64,000 nucleotides of DNA, taken from the NCBI GenBank assembly GCA_002633005.1, contig NMRA01000942.1, forward strand, positions 3,487 through 67,486, read 5' to 3'. Shown one piece after another: positions 26,001 to 38,040 of the stretch. A program made the translations under genes and the position numbers. The notes below the pieces were generated by a model. The model saw only the letters and a program-made list of their open reading frames with translations, was not told where the DNA came from and did not search any database. This DNA is from Phoronis australis (taxonomy: Eukaryota > Animalia > Phoronida). How positions within the stretch are numbered: position 1 is the stretch's first letter; every line of letters starts with the position of its first letter.

Positions 26001-29000
26001 GCAAACCTATCGTAATCATGTCGATCTATATAGCAAGTGCCTCATCAATCACTTATTGCGTATTTGTGGGCTACTTCAACCCCAAGCATATAACTTTAAC
26101 GCCGTGAAAGAATCGAATCTACATTGCATCTCGATAACGATACTGGTGAAGCCACTAACCAGCAGTGGACAGGCGCCAGCCGCCAACCGCCAATACCAGT
26201 GCTGGGAATTGGTACACTTCATATTTATCACACGTTCTCTAATCAACACAGTACACAAATGTGAGATACGGAGCGACTTCATGAGTGATCACGTACCGAT
26301 ACATCTCCAACTAAACCGTGCCAGAGCCCAGCTTGACTCCCATCCACGTATATACAAATGCTCAAGAGAATGGATTGGTAAAATTTCAACAGTGATGAGG
26401 AGGTAAATATCGAATCTACGGAGTGCCGTAGATTCGATATTTACACACAACCAAAATGTCGACCGAGCTTCTCGGGCAGTTAACAATCTTACAAACAATG
26501 CATTGGACAAAAACTGGACAATTGAAAAACTCCAAAAACTCAGAACTGGGCTTAAACAGTAGCTGTCAGAGCCCAGATGGGAGGCTGTGCGCATGCGTGA
26601 GAGTACAAGCTATGTCTGACACGGCCTCGTCTCCAAGTCTCAAGATGGCACTTATCGGTTTGGCCATTTGAGACTTGGTTATGGGAAATACCTTCTGCGC
26701 AACGATTGGCTGATGCTTCCACGTCATTAAAACAAAGGTATTCACGAAGCACAAGACATTGTATTTTTTTAGTTTTTTTCTTCATCATATTTTTATTTTG
26801 CTATAGCATGATAATTACAAGTCATATAAAACAATATACTATACATCCTTTAAATAACATTAAATCATTACTCAAAAAGTACCGTATTTCCTTCAGGATG
26901 TAATTTAATAAGGTTAATGAACAATTCGATATTAAGATTTTTTTAACAAAGTTTTGACTAAATATGTAATTTTTGCTAGCATGATCAACAAATTAATATT
27001 ACAATTTTCCGACTGAATGTTTGCCAAAAAAACAAAAAACACTGCTATCTTGTCCACATGAAAATTTACATGATATGTTTGTTTTAACCAATCAGCAAAC
27101 AAGAGCCAGAAACCGACGACAGATGTCCCGAGCGTTGACCGAGTAGAGAACAGTGATCTTGGATGGTGAGCACACGTGAATTGAATTCTCGGAACACCCT
27201 CGCCGACGAACTAAAAATCCCCGGTCAAACTCAAAACTGCCCCCTAGCGGGAATACATAACATACCATGTCCGAGAAACTTGAAGTAGAAAACTTTAAAA
27301 AATCTTGATTGAAAGAGCACACAGGCTACGTCATGGACTTGGGGTACAAAGGCCCACAATTGTTAAATTAAACAAATAAGGTTATAGATAGATGGTCCTG
27401 AGAAGCGCTCTTCAAGAACTTCGAATGGTGGGACATTATCCCAAGATTTCTCGCCAAAAATCACAGTAGGGACAGTAGAAAGAAACTCAGTAGTTCGAAT
27501 GGAATGGTCCTGTAATCCAAATTGTGGTGCCATACTATGCGGCGATTTTCAGTCAATGCTCGAACAGCCACACATGGGGATTTTGTAAACAATAAACGGC
27601 TGTGAAATTTCTTAAAAATGATCGAAGTGATATGGATATGAGTATGATACCCAGATACCATCCCGAGTGTCTCAGAATAACGAATGCAAATGTTTCGTAT
27701 ACATTAATTTTCACTCGAAATATGTCACCAAGGCAAATATTTGAAAACTTTCAATTGTGCTTGTGTTTATCTAACTTTACAACCAAACTTTTAAAGTCTT
27801 TTTTTCAAAATCGACGGGATATCCGGTGAAACCTTGTAACCTATGGAGCAGTTGTGTGAGTACCCATCATGCATACGAACTGTTCATATTTGGTGATATC
27901 GTTCAACTGGCAAAACTCATTATGCTCTAAATTGGTGAATGTAAAGGTGATGCTATTTTGAAAGGATCACAGGGTTTCATTGTGCAAAATATCTTCGCAG
28001 AAGGCGAACGTGTTTGTGCAGTTGTAAGGTGTTGAAGAGGAACTCATCAATGTTGCATTTATGTTTGTCATTCTTTATAGCACAAACATCTTCCACGGTC
28101 CCATAGTGCTTGTCGTATAGTTGCATCATTTAATGTTATCTGGGACTTTATCGACACGTCTGTGCCTTCAGTCTAACATCTACAGAACCATAAAATTTAA
28201 CTCGGTTAAAGGAGAATGCCACCCGATTAAATTAGTCTTTTTTACCGTCTTAATCGGTCAATATCCACATCGCCTCTTATACGGTCGACCTCATCTTGCC
28301 GAGAGGTGTCGCGTTAACCCGTATGGATGGTGAGAAACGACGCAGCGACGTCAGTGGTTCGTCTGCAGAGTGAATGCCGCTGTATTGCGAGCATCGTTCC
28401 CGCTTGCCCGAACTATGAAGCAGCGAAGAAAGCGGGTATATCGTTTTTTCGACTTACTCGAGAGCTCGAGATGATTAGGAAGTGGCTCGCGTTAGTGAAG
28501 AATGAAAGGTACGCTGTTCAAAGTAAATATGAGGCCGTGAAACATCTCCATGTCTGTGGCCGACAGTTCGTCGACAGTCGGATTTCCCTGACAAATTCCG
28601 GCTTACGGAAGCACTATCCATACGTTTCGTTCCCTGTGCATGTTCACGGCGCCCCTCTGGTATTTCTTGGTCAGTGTGTTCCGGTTCCAACTGATAGCCT
28701 TTGAAATCTAACGATCCGACCCGTGAAGTCTTCGTCAGATGAGCTCTTGACTAAGTCGGGATTGGCGCCGGACGAGTTGCCATGTAGACGTTTATTTTCT
28801 GCGCTCTGCTTCAAAATGAATTATTCTCATCCCATCCAAAACTGAAACAAATTCTGTCTCACTAGATACAAGTTGTAATGCCTTTGCAGTATTCATGAGT
28901 GCAAATGTTGAGAAGCCAGAAATCAATAAACCACTGCGTTACCGGCTTTTGATGCCGGCAATAAAGGTAATTAACCGGGCACCGAGGCCGTGTGAGCGCA

Positions 29001-31856
29001 TGCTAATTCAGTGTTTACTGACTGAAAACTGTTGTGAAACAATTACTCGATTTTATATGCTATGGTTACATGTTAGGGGGATCTTTATTTAGAAATACAA
29101 ATACATTATTCAAATCATTGTTACTGTACAACCTTTGCCCTGAAGGTCTGCGGAAGGGGAACCTGACTTTGCGGCCCCTACAAGTAAGCAGATTTTCAGT
29201 TTCGTGACTAATTCACATAAATAATTATGTGCACATTATTTCTTTGGGTCATTATTATTAGTCTTTTCGTGGCTTTAGGCTTAGTTTCCAACTCAAGCTG
29301 GTTTATGTTCGTGCCAGTCTCGGCGGCCGCGACGGGTCTGATCGGTTTCCAAGCCACTGGCCGGGATAACGAGTCAGTCCGGTCCGCGACGTGCCTGATT
29401 GGGTTCCGAGCCACTGGCCGGGATAACAAGAGCTTTGTGTGTTTAGAACTCAAAAAATCACAAGTGTAAACAACACAGATCTAGGTTATCCTGTCTGTAT
29501 TTCACGGGAGTATACTTCAAACTATCTCCGAACAGACCCCAAACTCCTGCTACGGACCTTGGAAAACTGACCTGCCGAACTTTGTAGGCTACGGTGTGTC
29601 CAAATAGCAATAAATCCGTAACAGCGAAATAAAACAACACGTTTGTAGAAGAACTCGGTGTATTTTTAAGGGTTTTACATCAAGGTTTGATGATATATTG
29701 GTGTTAAACGATGGATTAAAGCGATACGTTGACACCGGTAACCAGTGTTGTGATCTGCTGAAGAGACTGAGTGTTAAACCAATGACGTGTTTGGGTAATT
29801 TCAACACCTCCGTCTGCCGTCAGGTGTCAGGTAAAGCAACCTAACGTGCCTTTATCGAGTAGAACTACTGGATCTAAATTGATACAAAATAGGTTGTTTT
29901 TTGGGTGGCATGCTCCTTTAAGGTCTATATTTACTGAAAGTAAAAAGTGCAGAATTTGATTTTGATTTCATGCAAATCTGTCATGTTTTTGTTAAAAATT
30001 AGCAATACAGAGATCACAGGAAAACTACGACATCTGTAGCATATATAGGGAGGACAACGTTTATTTTTTTTAGCCCACGTTAATACATTTTTGAAAAGCC
30101 TTTCGTGAACGACATTGAATGGGCAAACATAAAAATTGGGTGAACAGTTACCAAGGAAATGGCCGTTGAAACGCGATGGTTATGAGTAAAATGTCTGCCT
30201 TTCTACATAATTTTGTAAAAAATGAACGAATGTATTCGAGTGCTGCACGTTAAAGATTTGTCTCATAACGACGAACATGAAAAGTGATATGCAAAGATAC
30301 TGCAGTTTAAGTGTGTTTTTAGCGTATGGAAAAGGAGCATCCACCCATGTTTAATGAAAACATATATTACACAGCTTAAAACAAAGGACAAAAGCAACAT
30401 ATCAGCTAAGAAATAAATACACCTGAGCCAGGATTAAGTTTCACATTATACCTTAAGATAATATTGGTGGACTTGGAGAGCAGAAAATCGGGGTTTAATC
30501 CCATATCTCTATCAACAGAACCAAATCCACAAGGCCGAAGGCAAGGCAAATAGCTGAGAAATTAACATTATAAAGGACATTAATTTATTATTATTCACTA
30601 ATTAGCAAAATGCCCATTTCTTCTCCTACCAACAAACCAGTACTACTACTAGATCGTATCATGGCAAAAACATCAGAAAGGACACAAAAAACCATTTGAG
30701 AAAACAACAAGTTCTTAAATTTTGTGATATGAAAGATTTAATCATTTAAGTAACAAAAGCTCTTTGAGACAACTTTATTTTGAACGGCAAAGTTGCGGTA
30801 AGATTGACTCCAACACGGGCTCTCGGTGTATGGGGCGACTTAGTGAGCAAACGACTGCTGTTTAAAAAGTGCCAATGCGCTGTAGTTTGACAGAATTTCT
30901 GGGAATGAAATAATCTCCTATTAAAAGAACGATAAATTCTTCATCTAAGAATCAGGAGAGCATATTGCGCAACTGCACGAACATCAGTCTCCCCACCGAT
31001 CAAAATCAGGCCTTTCGGACGATCGAAAAATCACGTTGACAACTTGACTTTCACGTGAAGAAAAGCAATGGGATAAATAAAGTTCATTAAAGAAAAGTAC
31101 GTAGGGAGGTGCTCGCGCATCTAAGCTACATCCTGTCCATATGACATGCTTGTAATCGAGAGTATAGTACTCTTCTGGATTGGAGGAACAAGAGACACTT
31201 TTTTGGAGGTTGATGGCATGGCAGAAAATCGTGCATACAAAAACAATTCATCAGCGATAATTCGTGAAAAAAGGTTACAAAGTTACAGGTAAAGACCTAA
31301 TTAACAATAATTTGTAACAAAAGGTTGTATTCTAGTTAACTTTGATGTCTGAAATCGGGTAATTTACCAATGTGGGTTTTAGATGGAGGCAGATGGAACT
31401 CCGCAACCTACACGTACTTTTTGTGTGTCCTCCCTAGCATACAGCTCATTACATTTGGCTCAAAAAGGAATTTCAAAAAAACGCTGAAGGTTTTTCAATG
31501 CAGTATTTAGAATCCAATCAGCCGTTTCTGATATTACTTTTCGAAGTTAGTCAAGTTTGGCCATTTTTCTAGGGTCATGAATGTCATTTTCAATTGGTAC
31601 AACTAAGTTGTTCTGTAGCAAATGAAAGTTAAAACATACTTACAATTTTTTTGAACTTCACCTTGTCTGTTTCTAAGGTTTGCCGCAATTGGTTGTGAGT
31701 ATCAACGATTATTTTCTTTTCTTCATCAGACAACATTACCGGTGCGGTCTTATTGCAATTTAAAAGAGTGTCATCTGGGAGCGGAGAAGCTCCGGAGATT
31801 GTCAGAAAGTTAAGAAAACACAAGACACAAATAAATATCGCAGCAATAACTTTCAT
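11048..31856 (-). CDS. Gene A: secreted CAP(SCP)-EGF-ShKT protein (CRISP-like), 8 coding exons, 318 aa. join(-): 31644-31856, 24056-24132, 22617-22812, 21326-21483, 19483-19517, EGF exon (17277-17390 or 15018-15131), ShKT exon (15654-15807 or 13353-13506), 11048-11057
   Basis: All introns are GT..AG with consistent phases (0,2,0,2,1,1,2). The 957 nt are open to a TAA. CAP motifs HNQLR, EWD..LA, HYLQMAW, VGCG, CNYYP are present, plus a 6-Cys EGF-like segment and ShKT CKD...C..W..C...CAKTCGLC. Exon structure is the same as paralog B. Confidence 0.9.
13353..13506 (-). CDS. Gene A exon 7, ShKT, copy 1 (...CKDIRIFCGARWTSLCNVQSFEGELATEVCAKTC-G)
   Basis: 154 nt, same boundaries as gene B exon 7; contains 5 of the 6 ShKT Cys. 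Confidence 0.85.
13830..14165 (+). mobile_element. Helitron-like (HINE/DINE-1/pearl type) non-autonomous repeat; duplicate at ~16130-16425
   Basis: Two ~160-bp core units (caaatttt/catgaa), (CGGACGC)n/(ACGG)n microsatellite, 3' stem-loop gcgtccacatatgtgggcgc. Confidence 0.6.
15018..15131 (-). CDS. Gene A exon 6, EGF-like, copy 1 (GCLTTTREKYCNYRGAYDFQTCECICDVGFFGKWCEFE)
   Basis: Duplicate copy across the single N at 15560; intact splice sites (gtgagt donor). Confidence 0.8.
15654..15807 (-). CDS. Gene A exon 7, ShKT, copy 2 (LPFADHIHFDYYTTDECKDIRMFCGARWKSLCNVQSLEGELATEMCAKTC-G)
   Basis: 154 nt, phase 1-2; ShKT cysteine spacing; gtaaga donor. Confidence 0.8.
17277..17390 (-). CDS. Gene A exon 6, EGF-like, copy 2 (GCLTTPREETCNYRGAYDFQTCECICDVGFFGKWCEFE)
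   Basis: 114 nt, phase 1-1, 6 Cys with CxC..GF.GKWCE; cctttatag acceptor and gtaagt donor. Confidence 0.85.
17675..18720 (-). mobile_element. Spliced DDD transposase fragment, Sola-like (probably Sola3), in gene A intron 5; partial duplicate at 15416-15559
   Basis: KKGISWHVAACISKKGETNQ | intron 18186-18660 (gt..ag, phase 0) | VHTHIHTLDACKQDFFTVC...ITDVF / frameshift / SDNANCYH...YDFSESQKGKDICDRKIAPLK. The family name is from motif recall, not a search. Confidence 0.65.
19483..19517 (-). CDS. Gene A exon 5: 35-nt microexon (EMERNNSRPYGPG)
   Basis: ttccattccag acceptor and gtttgt donor; bridges phase 2 to phase 1; RPY motif typical after CAP2; conserved in B ([13 protein letters not shown]). 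Confidence 0.85.
21326..21483 (-). CDS. Gene A exon 4 (MAWQKTYKVGCGFKFCEK...FMFSCNYYPAFLNPE)
   Basis: 158 nt with canonical splice sites; CAP motifs VGCG and CNYYP. The frame differs from the supplied ORF 21195..21458. Confidence 0.92.
22617..22812 (-). CDS. Gene A exon 3 (YCPGPVPRSWFPNGQVGW...WWLHQKSHYNYTTDTCAPGRVCEHYLQ)
   Basis: ttcag acceptor, gtgcgt donor; CAP1-like motif C-x-H-Y-L-Q. Confidence 0.92.
24056..24132 (-). CDS. Gene A exon 2 (EWDDKLAGRSQLMADSCQTEKAYYE)
   Basis: 77 nt, ttttgtag acceptor, gtaagt donor; CAP W-D-x-x-L-A motif; same length as gene B exon 2. Not in the ORF track. Confidence 0.9.
25265..25540 (+). repeat. Minisatellite, 5 x 55 bp
   Basis: Unit gtgagggtcacactaacggtgattgtacatgtacagattaccgtaaaattgtagc starts at 25265, 25320, 25375, 25430, 25485. 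Confidence 0.95.
26170..26460 (+). mobile_element. LINE apurinic endonuclease fragment
   Basis: FIFITRSLINTVHKCEIRSDFMSDHVPIHLQL (SDHxP motif). Confidence 0.6.
27480..27680 (+). mobile_element. Possible Gypsy integrase zinc-binding fragment
   Basis: Frameshifted QIVVP...HMGIL*TIN...RYHPECL, resembling the H2C2 motif; heavily decayed. Confidence 0.35.
28210..29917 (+). mobile_element. Kolobok-like element, copy in gene A intron 1
   Basis: TTAA TSD; TIR AGGAGAATGCCACCC / GGGTGGCATGCTCCT; ORF 28327..28704 reads C...PACPN...ISFFRL...RKWL...VCGRQF (THAP zinc finger-like). Confidence 0.82.
31644..31856 (-). CDS. Gene A exon 1: signal peptide + CAP helix 1 (MKVIAAIFICVLCFLNFLTISGA-SPLPDDTLLNC...IVDTHNQLRQTLETDKVKFKKI)
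   Basis: Hydrophobic N-terminus, HNxLR motif, gtaagt donor in phase 0; homologous to 62477-62692. Confidence 0.9.
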
Positions 31857-31970
31857 TTCTGACCGGTACAAATGCGTCGTGGACCACTGTGAAGTCACTC
31901 AACAAAGTACTAAAAAGTTCTGTTATTCGGTTGTTATACGTTGTTCATACAAGTACGGGAAGACACATGC

Positions 31971-31980
31971 GTTTATATAC
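31971..31980 (-). promoter_or_regulatory. Candidate TATA box of gene A (GTATATAAAC)
   Basis: TATATAAA about 115 nt upstream of the ATG; gene B has TATAAA near 62730-62735. Motif only. Confidence 0.4.
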
Positions 31981-32269
31981 ACCCAAGCCTTGGTCCCGAG
32001 ACTTTATTTTTACCAGCCTGGAGTGTCCAGTAACCTAGCCAATGGGCTTCGGAGAGTAGCTTTAAGCCACGAGACCAACTAGATACAGATCTAAGATATA
32101 AGCAGCTGAGATTCATGGGACAACTCTTATGCTAACATTTGAGGTTCTATTACTCTAACGCCTAAGCACGAGTTTACTGGGGTGCAAACCCGCCAATTCG
32201 TATTATCATCACGGTCAAACTCTCGAGATCTTTGACTCAGCTAAGTAAATCGAACTTAAATACTCATCT

Positions 32270-32545
32270 GAATTTTCATGGAACTCACATGTAAATGACA
32301 TCACCACAAAAGCGAAAGAAAATGCTCACAAATCTCTTGTAAGGTCCATCTAAGTGTACTGCTCTAGCGTCTGGGACCCACAGAACGAAATCTCTCGGGA
32401 GATGACGACATCGTAGCAGCAGAAAAGGTAATAGACAGAAAAAGCTCCACTGTGTCAGACACACTCCATCAGCTCTACTGGAGATCTTTGGAAAATAGAA
32501 GAGCTGACATGAAACTTGGTTTACTCTACAAAATTGTTAAGAGCC
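32270..32545 (+). mobile_element. LINE (CR1/L2-like) reverse transcriptase C-terminal fragment
   Basis: WNSHVNDITTKA...KSLVRS.*VYCSSVWDP...LYWRSLENRRADMKLGLLYKIV. Confidence 0.7.
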
Positions 32546-33572
32546 ATTCCACGAGAAAATCAAAAGAAACAAGAAATCAGGGGTCATCTTTCAGATTCAG
32601 ATTAAACTTTGTGCATGCGATCGTGTTGTGGTTCTGATAAAAATCACCAATTTTGCACATGTTGGCCTCTTAATTTTTTACTTATAAGCCTTCAAAGGTT
32701 CACAAAAAAATGACACGTTTTTGCATTCCGGAAACAGAAATTTTGCAATATAAAACAGTTTGATAGCATGTAATGAGATATAAGACATTAGAAAGAGGGA
32801 CATAAGAACTACCAAATAAAATTGATACTGAAGGTTTCGCTCCCTTCATCACTTGACAGGGGAGATAAATTGGGAGGCATGCTTCTACAAGCCAGTTGGC
32901 GGGGCTGTCGACATTGAAAGCTATGCTCATGGATAGATCTTAGAATTGTGAAAAAATAGAAATTTTCTTTCGAACGGGCTTTTTTAATATAAAAATGGCT
33001 CAATGTTGTGTATACTACAATGTTAAAACGAAAATTTTTTGTGACATTATTATACTTAAAATGGTTTCAAGAAGAGCTAATTAATAAGAATGAACATTTT
33101 AGAAACTATAATGCTGCCTGACATATCCATACACCGTTTGATCCATTAAGCGTTCATAACTGACCGTAGGTGAGAGGTCACACAGGCACAGGTGATGTCA
33201 TATTTAGCTTGAACCAATATCCAAAACGCTTGACGCCCTCGTAGACAATTTTTAGGTTGACATAAAAATTTCGTGTGATTTGTAATGAAATATTCCGATG
33301 TGTGCACCATTTCACGATGATTTAGCGTTACTGGTTTGAGACCACGAGAAGCGGACTGACCGAAAATATTTTTTTTTCACTTTGAAGACAAAAGCCTAGA
33401 TCACAGAAAAGACATCGATGTCTGAAACACAAAAATGAAAAAATCAAAAATAGTTTGGTGTGTTCAAAAGTTATCTCTATTTGTGTGCCAAATTTTGACT
33501 CGCCGTTTTGATCGATTCGGCCATATTGGATGGCAGCGGCAAAGGGCAGAAGTTTAAGTGCTCAAAAACTGA

Positions 33573-33801
33573 GGAGACAGTGTGGCTCAGGGGTTAAAGC
33601 TCCGGTCTCCCACATGAGATACCTGGCTTCAAATCCTGGCTTCACTGGCTGACACTCGAGCACTGAACAAAGATGTCTCCTATTCCTCTGAGCTCAGTCT
33701 TACTTGTGAATGTGTGTAAGGGAGTGAATCAGAACCTGTAGAGGAGGACCATGCTTTAGCCCTTGGGCTAAAGCATGTTCCCTTCTTAAATTAAAAAAAA
33801 A
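33573..33801 (+). mobile_element. tRNA-derived SINE; a related head lies at ~6993-7110
   Basis: A box TGGCTCAGGGG and B box GCTTCAAATCC; 3' hairpin catgctttagccc-tt-gggctaaagcatg and A-rich tail. Not a foldable full tRNA. Confidence 0.7.
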
Positions 33802-34349
33802 TGCAACTAATTATGCTAACACTGACTCATATCCGTACTTACCATTCAGTATGCACCAGAATTAATTCACCTAGATGTTACTTATTGAGTGTGTGAAGTA
33901 CTCACAATTCACGTTGGACAAGATGGCGACTTTTGCTGAACTGAAAGGCATGTTCAACTGGTTACATTGTCATCTGTGAAGATTCAACCATAATAAATGT
34001 GTAGACAAGTTGCTATCAAAGAGCTGTTTTGTACAATTTTCTGGTGTTTGTGTCATATCTATTATGAATATTCTATTTATTTCAATGTGGAGTGCCCATT
34101 CAACTGAGATTGCATTCCGCTAAAAATGTTGAAAATGTTTTGAAATCGTTTTTTGTTTGAAAGTCAACTTTTTTCGTGAGGCTAATACATTGCCCTGGTC
34201 ACTCCTAACTCAAAATCCTGGATCCTCCCCTGATAATTGACCAACAAAATTCCAATTAACAGATCTCACTAGAGTGTATGAACAAGCTTTTCTTTTCTAG
34301 ATCTGAGTCGGTGATCCTAGAGTGACCTTTCGTTGCTCTCGTGGAATGA

Positions 34350-34700
34350 CTATTTAACCACATTACCACATACTCGCTCTTCAAGGCACTGCCATCCACT
34401 CTCGTCATTTCTTATTCCATATAGTAGGTTTAATATCTATTTATATAATTTCTTCCCAACCACCATTAGATTGTGGAACAATCTTATCCTAGACATAGTG
34501 AGTGCTCCCGCTGTTGATGCCTTTCATCATAGGACTAGCGGCTCATTTCCAAAAGTAAGACAGTGTACACGTTGTTTTTAAACTGCAATACGCTTCTTCT
34601 CAACTGTAAATAAACTTAATTGCTTTTTTAATTTAATAACGATCATTGTCTCCGACTTGATGATCACCAGCGCCTTCAACATGTTGCATTGGGAAGAAGA
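34350..34700 (+). mobile_element. LINE 3' end (ORF2 terminus + 3' UTR)
   Basis: TRSSRHCHP..FLIPYSRFNIYLYNFFPTTIRLWNNL...IVSAPAVDAF matches the FFPxTIxxWNxL terminal motif. Confidence 0.7.
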
Positions 34701-37067
34701 CATGCCTGAGCCAGACTGTGACTAAAACAATAATTGCAGGCGGCGCACGTGGGGTCATTGCACTGATCTCCTGACTGTGACTAACCCGTGCAAATTAATC
34801 CGCGTGGCACTCGCTGAGGGCACGATGCTGGAGAAAACCCATCAGCTAGTTTCTCTTATAATACATTGGTTATGAAAATTCAAAGACGGATACTATTTAA
34901 TTTTGAATTTTAAAAACGGCACTCTTGATCCCAATTCAGTTTTTTACTGGAAAGTCTATGGTGGTTCACTGTTAATTAAATGTAAGTCAAAATAGCGAAT
35001 GAAAATTAATGAATAGAAGCGTTGAAAACCGTATGTGATGAAATGGTTGCAAAGGCCAGTCCCGCACTCGTTTGGATATGGTTGACAAATGAAACAAACA
35101 CTGTTCGAAACAATGCTAATTTGTAAAAAGTTATTAAATATACCATGACGTTAGAAACAGCAGTCAACAGCATGTTGTCACCGCGGGTCGACAAAACTAA
35201 CCCGGTTTGTTGTATACGCGCAGGGTTTGAAATAAATGCCGCTTTGGAATAGAGGCTGGGTCAAAAATGTCTTCGAAAATATAAGCACCCGCGCGATAAT
35301 ACGCGATTTCGTCTATCTGGCGAAGTCGCACAAAGGGTCGTGTAACTATATGTACTAGTATATGGTGATTCAAGGGGTTTTGGCGTGTTGTATCTATTGT
35401 CCCTAACAAGATACATGCATTAGATAATAAAGACTGTGATCAATTGATTTCTGCGGCGAGTTACAGTTTATTGAAACGCAGGGAGTGTGCGAAACCAACA
35501 GAATATTCGCGTAAGTGCGCGTCTTAAAAATAGTTCACCCGATATGTATGACCAATATGTTATACAACGCACGTGATGATAACTATGGATTATTGTATCG
35601 AGATACGTGATATGCAGACGGATTTAAACGACGACGAAATCTCCTAACGGGTATTCAATGTAAATGACAAATGCATGTCACACGCATATCTATTTTCACA
35701 AGGTTTTCGATCTCGTGAAAATAATTGATCTAGTATCGCCAGGATTACGACTGACAGCTTAACTGACCAATCAGAACGCAGCATTCTTTACACAACTTCG
35801 TCTGCGTTTCCAAGCCGCCATTTCACCCGACAAACAATACGTTGTCGTGTAAAACTTATTTTAGTCTATAGCTCAAGAAATTGCGTGATTAGAATGGTGA
35901 TACGGTGTTGAAATGGCATGTGTAATTTTGAAAGCCGTTATGCAGCTCAAGAAGAATATCTCGTCATTTTTAGGCATCTCGTAATCCGAAAAGTGATGTC
36001 GAAAGGTTTAAATTAGGTATCACACTGTGCGAACGGCAACGTACACGAGCAGCTGAACTAGGCAATGTTGCTCGATTACTCGAAGGCTAAACAAAAATAT
36101 ATTTGTTCCAAAATACAAACGTTTCAGTTCTGTGGCTATAGTGTAGGCATATCTGATTTTGACTCCGGAGTTTCACTCATCTGGCCGCCTTTGTCTCGGC
36201 TCTTGCTGGATCTCAACACTATAGCCTAGTGATAGTCCCTGGAAATTGTTCTTATATTTTTACTATTTTTGAGCTGTTTCGTTTTGTTTCGTAGAAGAGG
36301 TACATTTTTTGTCATTAATATACCCGTAAGCTGGCGTTCAACTGAGCTTTTTTCAAAATTGAGAGATTTGATCGGCACAGGGAGGGGCACTGGATTACTG
36401 AACTCAAACCCTTGTTCGAGCTGTTGTCACAAAAAAATAAACAGTTGACGTACTTTTTGATGAGAACCTCTTGTAAACACCACGCCTGTAGAGTTACAGA
36501 GAGCTCATTTTGAAGTTGTTAAAACATGATATTTAGATTTATGAAGCTTTAAAAAAGGAATTTGAGTTATTTTTGTAAATAGACATTTCTGCCACTACAC
36601 CAGACTTGTCATTTTTTGTAACCATACCAGAGTTAAATAATCATGCTACGTTTAAAAATAACTGCAAGCTACCTTTATGCAGTGAAACTACAAAAAATGC
36701 TAAGTTCGTCGGAGGGTAAGCCTAACTTAAATGTCTTAATGGTGCAATTACGTGCATTAATTTGACTTGGACACAGCCCTAGACCTACGGGAGCAAACTG
36801 CTTGCCTTGGACAAGATGAGTGTGTACTTCAGATTGAACTATAAACCTGTTTTTAGTCGAAATGTTTCTTTCGAAGATTAGAAAAGCGTAAGCAGTGCTA
36901 TCAACTCGACCTACTTTACTGGGGGAGTCCCACAGGCAGCTGTGACCTATTTTTCATTTGGCAGATTTTGGCAGACGACAGAATAAAATTATTCGGTGAA
37001 TCTTCACCGATTTTGCTCGAAAGATCCTAAAATCTGTGGCATCGTACAGATAATTCGACTTACATAC

Positions 37068-37330
37068 CCAGCTTTACATGAACATATCGCATCAGTGGCC
37101 TTGTCATTTGTCACGTGAAGGTGAACCCCGTGAGGAGTTCTTCGCATTTTCGCTGGGTCCGAAATACTTTTCCTCGAACACTTATTTTTTCATCGTCACC
37201 TTGGCAAATTACGACATCTTGAATGAAGGATTCTTTGCTGAAAGGCATCGCCTGTTGTCTTTGTCGAAGCGTTTTCGGATAGTGCAAAAAACACTCATGG
37301 ATTTCACCAATAACGTCGTTTAGCCAAAGT
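37068..37330 (-). mobile_element. SWIM-zinc-finger-type transposon ORF fragment (ISL2EU/YqaJ-associated type)
   Basis: FSKESFIQDV...VRGKVFRTQRKCEE / frameshift / DKATDAICSCKAG followed by a gtatgt donor. Confidence 0.5.
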
Positions 37331-37591
37331 GTATTTGCCTTTGACATCTTGTTTGTTTGTTTGTCGAGTGTCACATGACTTTTCGCAAGGGGGCGGAGCT
37401 TGCAACAGGTCAATTGTTAGGACACCAATCTCAGCTACTGATATCACTCATTTGGAAGCACGTATAGTTTTTAAACACATATTTTGCCTGTGTTAGCCAG
37501 GTAAAGCGGTTACATTTACATCAGGAGATATATGATTTCCTGTTGTAGACACGCAACAACACTGAAACACATTTATGCAACAGCAATCGCT

Positions 37592-38040
37592 CTGTGTGCT
37601 CGGTTGCATGAAAAGAGTCCCAAATGAGGAACTCAATTAAGTTCCCTCAATCTACTGCGTATTTGTGGGCTTGTTAAAACACTGATTATCTTTCATTATG
37701 GTGTTTGGGTCTCATTACTGAGTCGGTTTTTGGCTTTAGTACAAATCAGGAGTGAAATTTATGTTGAAATCTCAATATCTGCGAAAAGAAGTAGAGGTAT
37801 TTTCATGCAATGCCCCCAATTTAATGACTAAGTCCCTAGTTATCATAACTCAATTGGGGGCTAGTTTTTAGTTATATAATTAGAAATAATATTAGTTAAA
37901 GAGAAGCCATAATAAAAATAAAATAATAGAATAAAAATTACACATGTGAGTGAAGAATGAGGCAAATACGCAACAGATTCAGGGAACTTGGCCGAATCCC
38001 TACATGCGTATTTGGGACTGTTTCATGCATCCTAGCACAG
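37592..38040. mobile_element. Harbinger-like MITE; related left halves at ~15164-15420 and ~17423-17680
   Basis: TIR ctcggttgcatgaaaagagtcccaaat / atttgggactgtttcatgcatcctagcacag; the internal ~250 bp aligns with the gene A intron copies. Confidence 0.7.

Noticed and set aside
33573-33650. tRNA gene
   Set aside because: A and B boxes are present but the acceptor stem and cloverleaf are incomplete, and it continues into a SINE body and A-tail.
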